Origin: a virus
Lineage: Duplodnaviria > Heunggongvirae > Uroviricota > Caudoviricetes
Length of the DNA stretch: 18,093 nucleotides
IMG/VR virus record: IMGVR_UViG_2734482772_000007
Location: 1 to 18,093 of that record
Reading direction: 5' to 3' (one strand)
Program-made: the position numbers and the translations under genes
In this document: piece by piece, positions 1 through 6,832 of the stretch
Layout of the letters: the number at the start of each line of letters is the position of its first letter
How positions within the stretch are numbered: position 1 is the stretch's first letter
Notes under the pieces: generated by a model
The model's input: only the letters and a program-made list of their open reading frames with translations
The model's database searches: none
What the model was told of the DNA's origin: nothing

Positions 1-19
1 TCACGGTAATACGCATGGG

Positions 20-307
20 TTAAAGAGAAGCGAGTTTTAATGGTGGCTTATAACATGCCCGCGCCAGCAGGTTAGCTCTTTCCACGGCATTACGCATTTC
101 CCGTTCTGCGTCAATCATTCTGTTTACGGCTGACAGCACTTCATCATGATTCGTTACTGATTCCGGGCTTTGGGCCTGTTTCGCCAGGTAACTGGATAAA
201 CTGCACATTTCAGCATGTCGGCGACGGGCTGCATCCCGGGCCTTGTCTGAAAATGCGGTATATTCACCGAGTACTGCATAGTCGATATCGGTGTCAGAAC
301 GCATCAT
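20..307 (-). CDS. hypothetical phage protein (95 aa)
   Basis: ORF with AAGGAG Shine-Dalgarno about 8 nt upstream of the ATG at 307; lies downstream of the Mor/C-like gene on the same strand. No recognisable motif. Confidence 0.5.
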   Translation of the reverse strand: MMRSDTDIDYAVLGEYTAFSDKARDAARRRHAEMCSLSSYLAKQAQSPESVTNHDEVLSAVNRMIDAEREMRNAVERANLLARACYKPPLKLASL

Positions 308-334
308 TTCGTGTCTCCTTTTTTCTGAGGCCCA

Positions 335-802
335 TTAATCAAAAAGCCCCACCTGGGTGGGGCTTTTCAGCGAAGTCTGTTTTTGTCGTCGGTGTATCAG
401 TTGCCATGCGTACCGGTCTGAAATGCCGTAACGGGGACAGAGCAGTGCCAGCGCCTGCCGGTGTGAGCATCCGCCTTTTACATGCTGCTGTAAATCAGCC
501 ATAAAACGGGTGTTACGCAGGGCACGTAACGCATGATCGCAACGGGGAATGTAAAACGGTGCGCCGCCAAGAAAACGGATCAGTTTGTTGATTTCGTCTT
601 CGGTCAGCACGTCATGTAACAGGGCATGGACACCGCCGGTGCGTTCGGCGTGTACGCCGGTTTTACCGCTTAACGTCACGCCACCAAAAGAACGAATCAA
701 CCGGGTCAGGGCGGGGAAGCCAATCACGCTAATCAGTTGCTGCACGGAATCGGGCAGCAGTGCCTGCGCATCGCGAAGATCTGTTTCACTGAAGGTCTGC
801 AT
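335..802 (-). CDS. Mor/C-family transcriptional activator (Mu middle/late operon regulator-like), 155 aa
   Basis: C-terminal region (GGAPFYIPR ... CPRYGISDRYAWQLIHRR) matches the conserved Mor/C helix-turn-helix region as I recall it; GGAG SD 9 nt upstream of the ATG. Cannot decide between Mor-like and C-like. Confidence 0.7.
   Translation of the reverse strand: MQTFSETDLRDAQALLPDSVQQLISVIGFPALTRLIRSFGGVTLSGKTGVHAERTGGVHALLHDVLTEDEINKLIRFLGGAPFYIPRCDHALRALRNTRFMADLQQHVKGGCSHRQALALLCPRYGISDRYAWQLIHRRQKQTSLKSPTQVGLFD
341..362 (-). terminator. putative intrinsic terminator hairpin overlapping the 3' end of the Mor/C-like gene
   Basis: GCCCCACC/GGTGGGGC 8-bp stem (345-362) followed on the - strand by TTTTT (complement of 341-345). 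Confidence 0.4.
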
Positions 803-831
803 GATGGCGTCTCCGGTAGTAACTTACTGTT

Positions 832-859
832 ATTATAGCCATACATGATCGCCTGTACA
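832..859 (-). promoter_or_regulatory. candidate sigma70 promoter for the Mor/C-like gene
   Basis: On the - strand: TGTACA (854-859), 16-nt spacer, TATAAT (complement of 832-837), about 30 nt upstream of the ATG at 802. By-eye match only. Confidence 0.3.
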
Positions 860-864
860 GACCA

Positions 865-894
865 TAAAAAACCTCCGCGTTTGCGAAGGTTTTT
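865..894 (-). terminator. putative bidirectional rho-independent terminator
   Basis: AACCTCCGC / GCGAAGGTT imperfect inverted repeat (869-891) flanked by an A-run (865-870) and a T-run (890-894); sits just after the stop of the 902-1240 gene. Confidence 0.45.
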
Positions 895-901
895 GTTCAT
901 A

Positions 902-1240
902 TTATTTTTTATTCTCGTTTATCAACACCAGGTATCCTCTGACATACTCCCATACTTTCTGGTTATCTGTTGGATGCACTTTTCGACAATCTATGGCTTC
1001 ATTTCCATAATCGCCAATGTCAGCTTGGGCTTGTGTTAAGAGAATAACCTTCCTGAGAGCGCATCCTCTGATGGTATCCTTTGAAATATCATCCCAGCCA
1101 TTCATGTATGAATAAGCCAGATTACGTTGTGCCTGATAATCGCCCTGTAATGTTTTTTTGACCAAATCTTCCTCTGAATCAGAAGCATGGGATATCCCTG
1201 TAAAACATAAAGTCAGAATAAGTAATAACAGTTTTTTCAT
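902..1240 (-). CDS. secreted protein of unknown function (112 aa), predicted cleavable signal peptide
   Basis: N-terminus MKKLLLLILTLCFTGISHA then acidic SDSEED; ATGA start/stop overlap with the upstream GemA-like gene; noticeably AT-rich compared with neighbours. Confidence 0.6.
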   Translation of the reverse strand: MKKLLLLILTLCFTGISHASDSEEDLVKKTLQGDYQAQRNLAYSYMNGWDDISKDTIRGCALRKVILLTQAQADIGDYGNEAIDCRKVHPTDNQKVWEYVRGYLVLINENKK

Positions 1241-1632
1241 TTACGTCTCCTTGAATCTTTAACCAGCGCCACCATCACTCCAAAAAGCTGTTCATCCGTC
1301 AGCCATTCGATCACATGTTGCTTATACATGTGAGATGCCAGTCCTTCTGCATACGCCCAGGAACGACCGGCATCAGCCAGCAACGCTTCAATTTTGGATA
1401 ATACTGATTTTCTGCTCATTGCAACACGAGGGCGGCGACCTTTACCAGCGGGTGCCTTGCGCGGGAATCCCTGTTCGTGCATGTATTCCCGGATGATGCG
1501 CAGTTCATCGAGATTGCAGCGTGTGGTGCTGGTTTTACCGGTCAGGCGGGCCAGCGTCTGGCGATAAAGGGCATCATCCCACCCCAGATACGCCTGACCA
1601 GCTTTAATGGCCCCGATCATCTTTTTCAGCAT
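1237..1632 (-). CDS. GemA-like (DUF1018-type) Mu early protein, 131 aa from the ATG at 1632
   Basis: LGWDD...YRQTL...LTGKTS...LDELRIIREYMHEQGF pattern resembles the GemA/gp16 family as I recall it; GAGGA SD 9 nt upstream of the ATG at 1632. The longer ORF to 1731 has a junk-like N-terminus. Confidence 0.55.
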   Translation of the reverse strand: MLKKMIGAIKAGQAYLGWDDALYRQTLARLTGKTSTTRCNLDELRIIREYMHEQGFPRKAPAGKGRRPRVAMSRKSVLSKIEALLADAGRSWAYAEGLASHMYKQHVIEWLTDEQLFGVMVALVKDSRRRK

Positions 1633-1882
1633 GTTTGTTATCCTCAAAACGCACGGTAAAACGTGAAACGCCAATCCCTGACAAGAACGCAGCGGCACGG
1701 TCAAGAGACAACCACGTCTTGTAATCGCCACGGCGTTCCTGTAGAAAATAGGACACCCCGGCGCGGCGATTCACAGCGAAGAGATGATACACACCACCGA
1801 ACCGCTGCACGACGAACTCATCCACGCCACCGCTTTCAGCCTGTTGCCGAAAGGCTGCCATTCCGATTTGTTCAATCTTCAT
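1604..1882 (-). CDS. hypothetical phage early protein; start uncertain (ATG 1882 or 1861; track used TTG 1891)
   Basis: ORF on the operon strand immediately upstream of the GemA-like gene, overlapping it by about 29 nt; no strong SD found. Confidence 0.35.
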   Translation of the reverse strand: MKIEQIGMAAFRQQAESGGVDEFVVQRFGGVYHLFAVNRRAGVSYFLQERRGDYKTWLSLDRAAAFLSGIGVSRFTVRFEDNKHAEKDDRGH

Positions 1883-1886
1883 AATG

Positions 1887-1929
1887 ACCAAAACACTACT
1901 TTTGGCAGACCAAAAAACATGTTTTGGCC
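1887..1929. promoter_or_regulatory. pair of CCAAAA...TTTTGG palindromes in a noncoding gap
   Basis: CCAAAA-cactac-TTTTGG (1888-1905) and the near-perfect palindrome CCAAAAAACATGTTTTGG (1910-1927) in the 145-bp gap between the 2037-2447 and 1604-1882 genes. Confidence 0.3.
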
Positions 1930-2036
1930 TGCATTTGATTACTGTTTAAACAACTCGCGAAATCAGGAACGTCGAGTTTCGGTGATGGCTTTCATCGTGT
2001 TGTTGCTCCGTGATTCAGAAAATTTCATGCCGGGCC

Positions 2037-2447
2037 TCAGTATGTGAAATAGACAGTTGCCACGCCGTTATAGTGATCAAACGACACGGCGTTTACCTCA
2101 TAACTGGCCGGTAGCTTCGAGCCAAGAACGTATCCGGGCCACGTTTTCCATGGAATTTCTCTGCTCTCACTGTCGCCATATACCGTACATCCCAGTGAGC
2201 CTACAGCTTCATAAGAACGCTTACCGCACGTTATGAACCCCAGATGTTGCTTACTGCCCTTAACAGAAATCGGGAGAGCACTGGCTGATGCGTTAGCAGC
2301 GTCCCGCTCCTGTTGGCTTGCGATATTCGCAGAGTTTGCAGCAGCTACAGCAGCCGTGGTCGCAGCGGCAGATGCCACAATAACTGCTGAAGCCTGCGTA
2401 TGTTGGGTAATGGTTAGCAATGCCGCCACAAAAATCATTTTCTTCAC
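2037..2447 (-). CDS. secreted/periplasmic protein of unknown function (136 aa), signal peptide, GTG start
   Basis: AGGAGG, 6-nt spacer, GTG at 2447; N-terminus KKMIFVAALLTITQHTQA-SA; Ala/Thr-rich linker then a C-terminal domain ending TVYFTY. Confidence 0.6.
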   Translation of the reverse strand: MKKMIFVAALLTITQHTQASAVIVASAAATTAAVAAANSANIASQQERDAANASASALPISVKGSKQHLGFITCGKRSYEAVGSLGCTVYGDSESREIPWKTWPGYVLGSKLPASYEVNAVSFDHYNGVATVYFTY

Positions 2448-2811
2448 CTGGCACCTCCTTTACATACCGTGATTTTTCCAGCGGTTTTGGGCTGCGCTTC
2501 TGTTTCGCCAGACACCGTAAAAACGAATAGAGGACCACTCCCTAAAACCAAGATATCTATAGCGAACAACAAGCCGATTTGAGATACGGATAAGTTGCCC
2601 CGGCTTTGCTATCAGCAGTCTTGCCTTACGGTTTTTCATCATTTTGCTCTCCTGCGTTTCTTTGCTTCGCGTCGTGCAGCTGCAATACCGGTATGGCGGC
2701 GCTTTTGTGCCGGGATGATGTTGTCAGCCATCAGGACATGTGGCTTTGCAATTAGCGCAGAAGCCCAAAAACGAGTCGAGTACGGTAACAAGCCGATACA
2801 TGCCACACGCA

Positions 2812-3441
2812 TTACTCACCTCCTTTGATGCGAATGCCAGCGGCGCGTGGCACATTAACTTCCACGATTCGTACTGTTGGTTTGTACATCTCAATCGCTG
2901 TCAGCCAGTCAGCTCCTGTCATGCGCTTTTCCGCATCGCCATTAGTCCACTGAACTGGTACACCAATAGCCTTCATCGCGATTTCTATTTCCCCGGCAAT
3001 GGCGCTTTTTCCGCAACCAGTAAAACCAGAAACAACGACAAGAACTTCGCCTTTGGCTGGTTTTATTTCCCGTGCTTCCAGTTCTGCTATGCGCTTCTCT
3101 GCGGCTTCCAGCTTGGCTTCTGCATCTTTGGCTCGCATCTGCCAGTTGATAGCGATGTCGATAACGCTGTTAGCACAACTGGACTCATTCTCTTCGGCAG
3201 CTTTAGCTTCAGAAAGCTCATCAAGCAGTCCAAGAACAACAGTTGGCGTGGCGAGCGTGATAAAACGCATATTGCTCATATGCTCTTCATCGCTAACATC
3301 ATCGCCAGCCTCGACCGCTGCCATGTGCTGAACATAGCCGCTATCACAGGTATTCCAGATTGCCCCTGCCTCGTGCCCCCATTCACCATGTAGCGCTTTT
3401 TCTGCCGCCTCACGCAGTGCCTGATAGTTAATTTTGCTCAC
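2812..3441 (-). CDS. Ead/Ea22-like family protein (about 209 aa) with a C-terminal P-loop-like motif
   Basis: From GTG at 3441 (AGGAGG + 6 nt): MSKINYQALREAAEKA... and FITLATPTVVLGLLDELSEAKAAEE, followed by a coiled-coil-like acidic segment, resemble Ea22-like prophage proteins as I recall them. GFTGCGKS fits the Walker A pattern GxxGxGKS. Confidence 0.55.
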   Translation of the reverse strand: MSKINYQALREAAEKALHGEWGHEAGAIWNTCDSGYVQHMAAVEAGDDVSDEEHMSNMRFITLATPTVVLGLLDELSEAKAAEENESSCANSVIDIAINWQMRAKDAEAKLEAAEKRIAELEAREIKPAKGEVLVVVSGFTGCGKSAIAGEIEIAMKAIGVPVQWTNGDAEKRMTGADWLTAIEMYKPTVRIVEVNVPRAAGIRIKGGE

Positions 3442-3802
3442 GGGTTGCCTCCTGTTCATTTCCCTTGTTCAGTTTTCGTCTGCATACAGCGCAATCATCG
3501 GGGCTTTCGAAGCTGTCTGGTTCGCGTTCACCAGAGTACATCCATCTGCGGCAGATACTGGTTACTTCATTCTCGGCAAAATAATGATATTTTTTCGACC
3601 TGGCTGGTCTGCCCCATCCAGCTGTTCTCTCGCTCACATCACGTTTTAATCCCCCCGCGCGGACCTCCTTTAGCTCCAGAAGGGCCAGCCTCAGAAGCGT
3701 CCACCACTCACTGTCTGCAACCGGCTCCATATCAAGCGCTCTGTCAGCATCAGCAATCAGTCTGGTCAGGCTCTTATCGCTTATTCTGGTTTGCTGGCTC
3801 AC
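3428..3802 (-). CDS. hypothetical phage early protein (about 124 aa from GTG at 3802)
   Basis: AGGAGG + 6 nt + GTG start; the upstream ATG at 3820 has no SD of its own (the SD would lie inside it). C-terminal tail NEQEATREQN is encoded by the repeat cassette. Confidence 0.5.
   Translation of the reverse strand: MSQQTRISDKSLTRLIADADRALDMEPVADSEWWTLLRLALLELKEVRAGGLKRDVSERTAGWGRPARSKKYHYFAENEVTSICRRWMYSGEREPDSFESPDDCAVCRRKLNKGNEQEATREQN
3436..3461. repeat. 26-nt repeat copy B (Shine-Dalgarno plus start-codon cassette)
   Basis: GCTCACGGGTTGCCTCCTGTTCATTT; 25/26 identical to copy A at 3797-3822. On the - strand it reads AAATGAACAGGAGGCAACCCGTGAGC. Confidence 0.8.
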
Positions 3803-4088
3803 TGGTTGCCTCCTGTTCATTTTTTTCATTCCGGTACACAAGAATTACGACATCTCCCCGGGTAATTACGCGTGCGGGGTCGCCCTGTTGCATATGGTCA
3901 ATATCAAACGCGTCATTAAACGCATTTAGCGCCTTCGCGCGCTTGTCTTTACAACGACGTTTTTCACGCTGCTTAAAGAGCGAAGAAATCAACCACCTGA
4001 ATGACATAAAAGTGATATAGCCATAACCGATAAGCGCCAGACCTGTATTCATGGCTACATCTATCGTTATCGTTTTATCAATGACCAT
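3774..4088 (-). CDS. small membrane protein of unknown function (104 aa)
   Basis: AGGAGG + 7 nt + ATG at 4088; one hydrophobic helix (NTGLALIGYGYITFMSF) followed by a basic stretch; C-terminal NEQEATSE tail encoded by repeat copy A. Confidence 0.45.
   Translation of the reverse strand: MVIDKTITIDVAMNTGLALIGYGYITFMSFRWLISSLFKQREKRRCKDKRAKALNAFNDAFDIDHMQQGDPARVITRGDVVILVYRNEKNEQEATSEPANQNKR
3797..3822. repeat. 26-nt repeat copy A (Shine-Dalgarno plus start-codon cassette)
   Basis: GCTCACTGGTTGCCTCCTGTTCATTT; 25/26 identical to copy B at 3436-3461. Confidence 0.8.
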
Positions 4089-4308
4089 TGCCAGCCTCCT
4101 GTTTTGCCACTTTAAACGCCCGTAACATCGGGACCGTTTTACCGCTGATGACAGTGTTCATAACAATACCGATTCCACTGTGATGTAACGCTCCCGGTGC
4201 AACAAACAGCGCAGCATCTACAACTCTGAAGTAACGGTGGAACTCCCAGAACCAGCAAGAAATAGTGATAGTTGCGGTGACCCCATGGTCATAAAATTCA
4301 ATTTTCAT
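4078..4308 (-). CDS. hypothetical phage early protein (76 aa)
   Basis: ATGA start/stop overlap with the upstream gene (translational coupling); operon strand. Confidence 0.4.
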   Translation of the reverse strand: MKIEFYDHGVTATITISCWFWEFHRYFRVVDAALFVAPGALHHSGIGIVMNTVISGKTVPMLRAFKVAKQEAGNGH

Positions 4309-4532
4309 TTGCAGTTAAACCTTCTCTTATGACGTTCTACGGCAGCCTTCATATTGTTGTGCACGGTTCTTTTAATAATCCGACGTCCCACACTGTCATA
4401 GAACCGCCACCGGGAAGCCCCCGGATATCCGGGGAACTCAACCACCGCGCTACCGTCATTCATCCTGTATTCGTGGCGTTCTCCGGGCGGCTGGTATATT
4501 GCTTCGGTAACACTGAGAAGTTTAAAAGCCAT
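4305..4532 (-). CDS. hypothetical phage early protein (75 aa)
   Basis: GGAGG SD upstream of the ATG at 4532; begins 2 nt after the stop of the DUF2786-like gene. Confidence 0.45.
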   Translation of the reverse strand: MAFKLLSVTEAIYQPPGERHEYRMNDGSAVVEFPGYPGASRWRFYDSVGRRIIKRTVHNNMKAAVERHKRRFNCK

Positions 4533-4534
4533 CG

Positions 4535-5245
4535 TTACACCCTCCCCAGTGCCAGCGGTCTGTTGCTCTGACCATTAACCCCCTGATGCAGTCTGGCGTT
4601 TTTCCCGGCGATAAAACCGGCTGTAGCGGCAAACGCTGCACCTCGACACGCTTTAGCTGTGCGCATATCCCCGTCGCGTAGCCCCTTAGTGCTGTGCAGG
4701 TTCTTTCTGTAAAGCTCAAGGCGGCTTTTTTCTTCCGGGGAGACGTCATACACCGCAATGACATCACGGGCACCAAAGACCCAGCCTTCGCAGAACTGGT
4801 CGCCACGGGCTACCCGCGTGGACGGACCACAACGTTTGCAGTGTTTATCCTGATATTTCTTGCGCTCTGCCATCATCTGACGGGAAAGCACATCAAACGC
4901 GTAAGCCGCGATTTCCGGGCGGCTGTCAGAGCCATAAAAACGCACGTGACGTTTGAGTGAACCAGAAGCCCGGTATTCGCCGGATATGTAACACTCGACA
5001 CCGAAGGCTTTACAGACCAGGTCACACAGGATGTGCATATAACGCGGCGGTGTACTGGCATCACTCGGCGCACCCGCGCTGGCAGCTTCCTGAATGTCGA
5101 ACAATTCAGCGTCGTTTTCGCTGATGCCATGCTGGCGCATATAAGCCTGGGCTTTTGCAATAGCGTTAGCGGCTTCTTCCGGGCTTGATGTTCCTCTGGC
5201 AAGGCGTAACAGTTTTTTGATTTTGGCAATGTATTTATCTTTCAT
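4535..5245 (-). CDS. DUF2786-like phage protein with Cys-rich C-terminal half (236 aa)
   Basis: N-terminus MKDKYIAKIKKLLRLA...SPEEAANAIAKAQAYMRQHGISE resembles the DUF2786 N-terminal helix as I recall it; C-terminal half has CDLVC ... CKRCG ... FCEGW; GAGG SD upstream. Confidence 0.6.
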   Translation of the reverse strand: MKDKYIAKIKKLLRLARGTSSPEEAANAIAKAQAYMRQHGISENDAELFDIQEAASAGAPSDASTPPRYMHILCDLVCKAFGVECYISGEYRASGSLKRHVRFYGSDSRPEIAAYAFDVLSRQMMAERKKYQDKHCKRCGPSTRVARGDQFCEGWVFGARDVIAVYDVSPEEKSRLELYRKNLHSTKGLRDGDMRTAKACRGAAFAATAGFIAGKNARLHQGVNGQSNRPLALGRV

Positions 5246-5258
5246 GGTCGTCTGAACC

Positions 5259-5441
5259 TCAGCATCCTGAATTCTGAATTACGCAACTTCCGGCACGGCC
5301 TTCAGGAACGTGGGGAGTTCGTTCTGGCTGCGGCGCTGGATGAACATCTGCTGTCGATTGAGAACTGGTCGCAAGACGATTAAAACAAACGATTGTCAGA
5401 TTAATTTCGCGGGCGAATTTTTTTTGCTTAGCGATATTCAT
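5259..5441 (-). CDS. possible small protein (60 aa)
   Basis: GAGGAAG SD 8 nt upstream of the ATG at 5441; its stop overlaps the SD of the next gene. No motif support. Confidence 0.3.
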   Translation of the reverse strand: MNIAKQKKFAREINLTIVCFNRLATSSQSTADVHPAPQPERTPHVPEGRAGSCVIQNSGC

Positions 5442-5461
5442 AAATAAACTTCCTCAGATTC

Positions 5462-5498
5462 AGGCGTAAGCCAGCCCCGGCGGGTTTACGCCTGTTTT
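5462..5498 (+). terminator. GC-rich hairpin plus T-run, terminator-like in the + orientation
   Basis: AGGCGTAA (5462-5469) pairs with TTACGCCT (5486-5493) around a GC-rich loop, followed by TGTTTT (5494-5498). No + strand gene is evident upstream. Confidence 0.3.
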
Positions 5499-5523
5499 AA
5501 ATAACAATTAAAAACAAATTAAA

Positions 5524-5715
5524 TTAATGCGGTGCTTTCAGTGTTTCGACTTTTACGAAATAAGGCTCGACATTAATTTCAACCACACAACCACATTTAA
5601 AATCTCTGGCAGGTGAAACGGTTTTCACCACACGACCACCACGCAACGCCGGATGTGCAGTGTGCATGAAGCGAGTCCCTACCGGATACTGCTTATTAAA
5701 GTTCTTCGCATTCAT
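5524..5715 (-). CDS. hypothetical small phage protein (63 aa)
   Basis: ORF on the operon strand with a GGAAG-type SD; overlaps the 3' end of the ANR-like gene by about 20 nt. Confidence 0.4.
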   Translation of the reverse strand: MNAKNFNKQYPVGTRFMHTAHPALRGGRVVKTVSPARDFKCGCVVEINVEPYFVKVETLKAPH

Positions 5716-5929
5716 GGCGTGGCTTCCATCCTTTCAGGTGAGCATTAGCACAGAACTCGGCCCGGTGTTCCGCCCAGATGCGGCGCAGGGTGCTACACGG
5801 GCTTTGTGCTGCCTTACGCCACAGCTTTTCAGCCTCGGCATAATCGCCGCGTTGTTCTGCTCTGGACGCGCCCAGCGAATACGCCGCGCAACTATTTCCG
5901 GCTCTGTACTCTTTGATATCCTGATGCAT
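5696..5929 (-). CDS. ANR-family-like small regulator (77 aa from the ATG at 5929)
   Basis: RAEQRGDYAEAEKLWRKAA...WAEHRAEFC pattern resembles ANR-family prophage proteins as I recall them; the ATG at 5929 lies 1 nt after the upstream gene's stop. Confidence 0.5.
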   Translation of the reverse strand: MHQDIKEYRAGNSCAAYSLGASRAEQRGDYAEAEKLWRKAAQSPCSTLRRIWAEHRAEFCANAHLKGWKPRHECEEL

Positions 5930-5930
5930 G

Positions 5931-6575
5931 TTAAACCCCTGCAATATCAAGCGGGATTGCGCGGTATTCAGCAGAATCACCGACGCGCTCATACACGCGG
6001 ATATAGCTTTTGCTGCCAATTACCTGGACGGCTTCACCAATCAGTTTCATGGCGTTATCCCAGCGTTCCTCCGTAATATCGAGACGACGCAGAGCCAGAA
6101 CGCGCCCGGTGTTAATGTTACCTTCCTTGTCCGTGCTGAATGCTTCACTGATGATGGCTTTAATTTCAGGGCGCGCTCCTTCCGTCCAGTCAGCCAGACA
6201 GTCATCAATCAGTGCCTTCGCGGTCTGAATGCGTTCATCAAGCGCGATACGGTCCTGCATGGCGCGCTGAATCTTGTAACGCCCGTCAAAGCTGTAAAGT
6301 GTGATATTCCCTTTTTTACCGCCTTTCACAGCGCCGTATTTCTCCGCCGACAGGTCAATAAATGCCTGAATATCACCAAACGCACGCAGTTTCAGTTCAC
6401 GCAGTGAGGCAGAGGCAGCAATCACCATCTCCACAAGCTCACCGACCAGCTGCTCACGGTCGCGGTCAATATCTTTGATAAGACTTTCAGGCGTCATCAC
6501 ACCACGGGCATCAACCCAGTAGCCTTCCTGCACTTTATTTTTTGTATATTGCTTAACTTTATTTTCAGTCGTCAT
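5931..6575 (-). CDS. Mu-like early protein, DUF3164-like (214 aa)
   Basis: Size, position in the early operon and overall composition fit the DUF3164 family of Mu-like prophages; recalled from memory, not searched. Confidence 0.5.
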   Translation of the reverse strand: MTTENKVKQYTKNKVQEGYWVDARGVMTPESLIKDIDRDREQLVGELVEMVIAASASLRELKLRAFGDIQAFIDLSAEKYGAVKGGKKGNITLYSFDGRYKIQRAMQDRIALDERIQTAKALIDDCLADWTEGARPEIKAIISEAFSTDKEGNINTGRVLALRRLDITEERWDNAMKLIGEAVQVIGSKSYIRVYERVGDSAEYRAIPLDIAGV

Positions 6576-6604
6576 AATTAAATTACCTCAGTGATATTTA
6601 CAGA

Positions 6605-6820
6605 TTAATGTGTGTTATGTGCGCGAGGCGCAACATTTTCAGAAAAAAGATTCACGCCGTTATAGTCATTTCTGAGCGTTTCCTTGATAGCATCATGTAA
6701 TCTTGTTGCCACCTGAAACTCCTTTTCGGAAGCTCCGTCCTTCGAATAACTCCCCGTGGTCTGGGTTAAAACACAGCCTTTTTCATCGGTATAGATAATT
6801 ACTTCTAACTTGACCGCCAT
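6605..6820 (-). CDS. hypothetical small early protein (71 aa)
   Basis: GAGGAA SD 7-8 nt upstream of the ATG at 6820. Confidence 0.5.
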   Translation of the reverse strand: MAVKLEVIIYTDEKGCVLTQTTGSYSKDGASEKEFQVATRLHDAIKETLRNDYNGVNLFSENVAPRAHNTH

Positions 6821-6832
6821 TCTGATTTCCTC

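Noticed and set aside
1-19. Possible gene start at 16-14 on the - strand running off the window edge
   Set aside because: Only five codons are visible; cannot be evaluated.
2460-2734. Small Arg/Lys-rich - strand ORFs in the 2448-2811 gap (60 aa at 2460-2642; a roughly 30-aa ORF from 2734)
   Set aside because: Weak or absent SDs and low-complexity basic sequence; kept as unannotated noncoding gap.
2740-3393. 217-aa + strand ORF almost fully overlapping the Ea22-like gene
   Set aside because: Antisense shadow: Cys/Phe/Trp-rich, no SD, opposite to the operon strand, while the - strand ORF has a strong RBS and recognisable motifs.
3442-3820. ATG starts giving MNRRQPVS N-termini for the two repeat-cassette genes (3459 and 3820)
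   Set aside because: These ATGs have no upstream SD. The AGGAGG directly after them is ideally spaced (6 nt) before an in-frame GTG, and the GTG start gives the Ea22-like protein a plausible family N-terminus (MSKINYQALREAAEKA).
3445-4020. 191-aa + strand ORF across the repeat-cassette genes
   Set aside because: Low-complexity Ser/Cys/Arg-rich translation, no RBS, overlaps three well-supported - strand genes.
5660-6407. + strand ORFs (5660-6076, 5928-6407) opposite the ANR-like and DUF3164-like genes
   Set aside because: Shadow ORFs of - strand genes that have proper SDs and coupling; no independent support.
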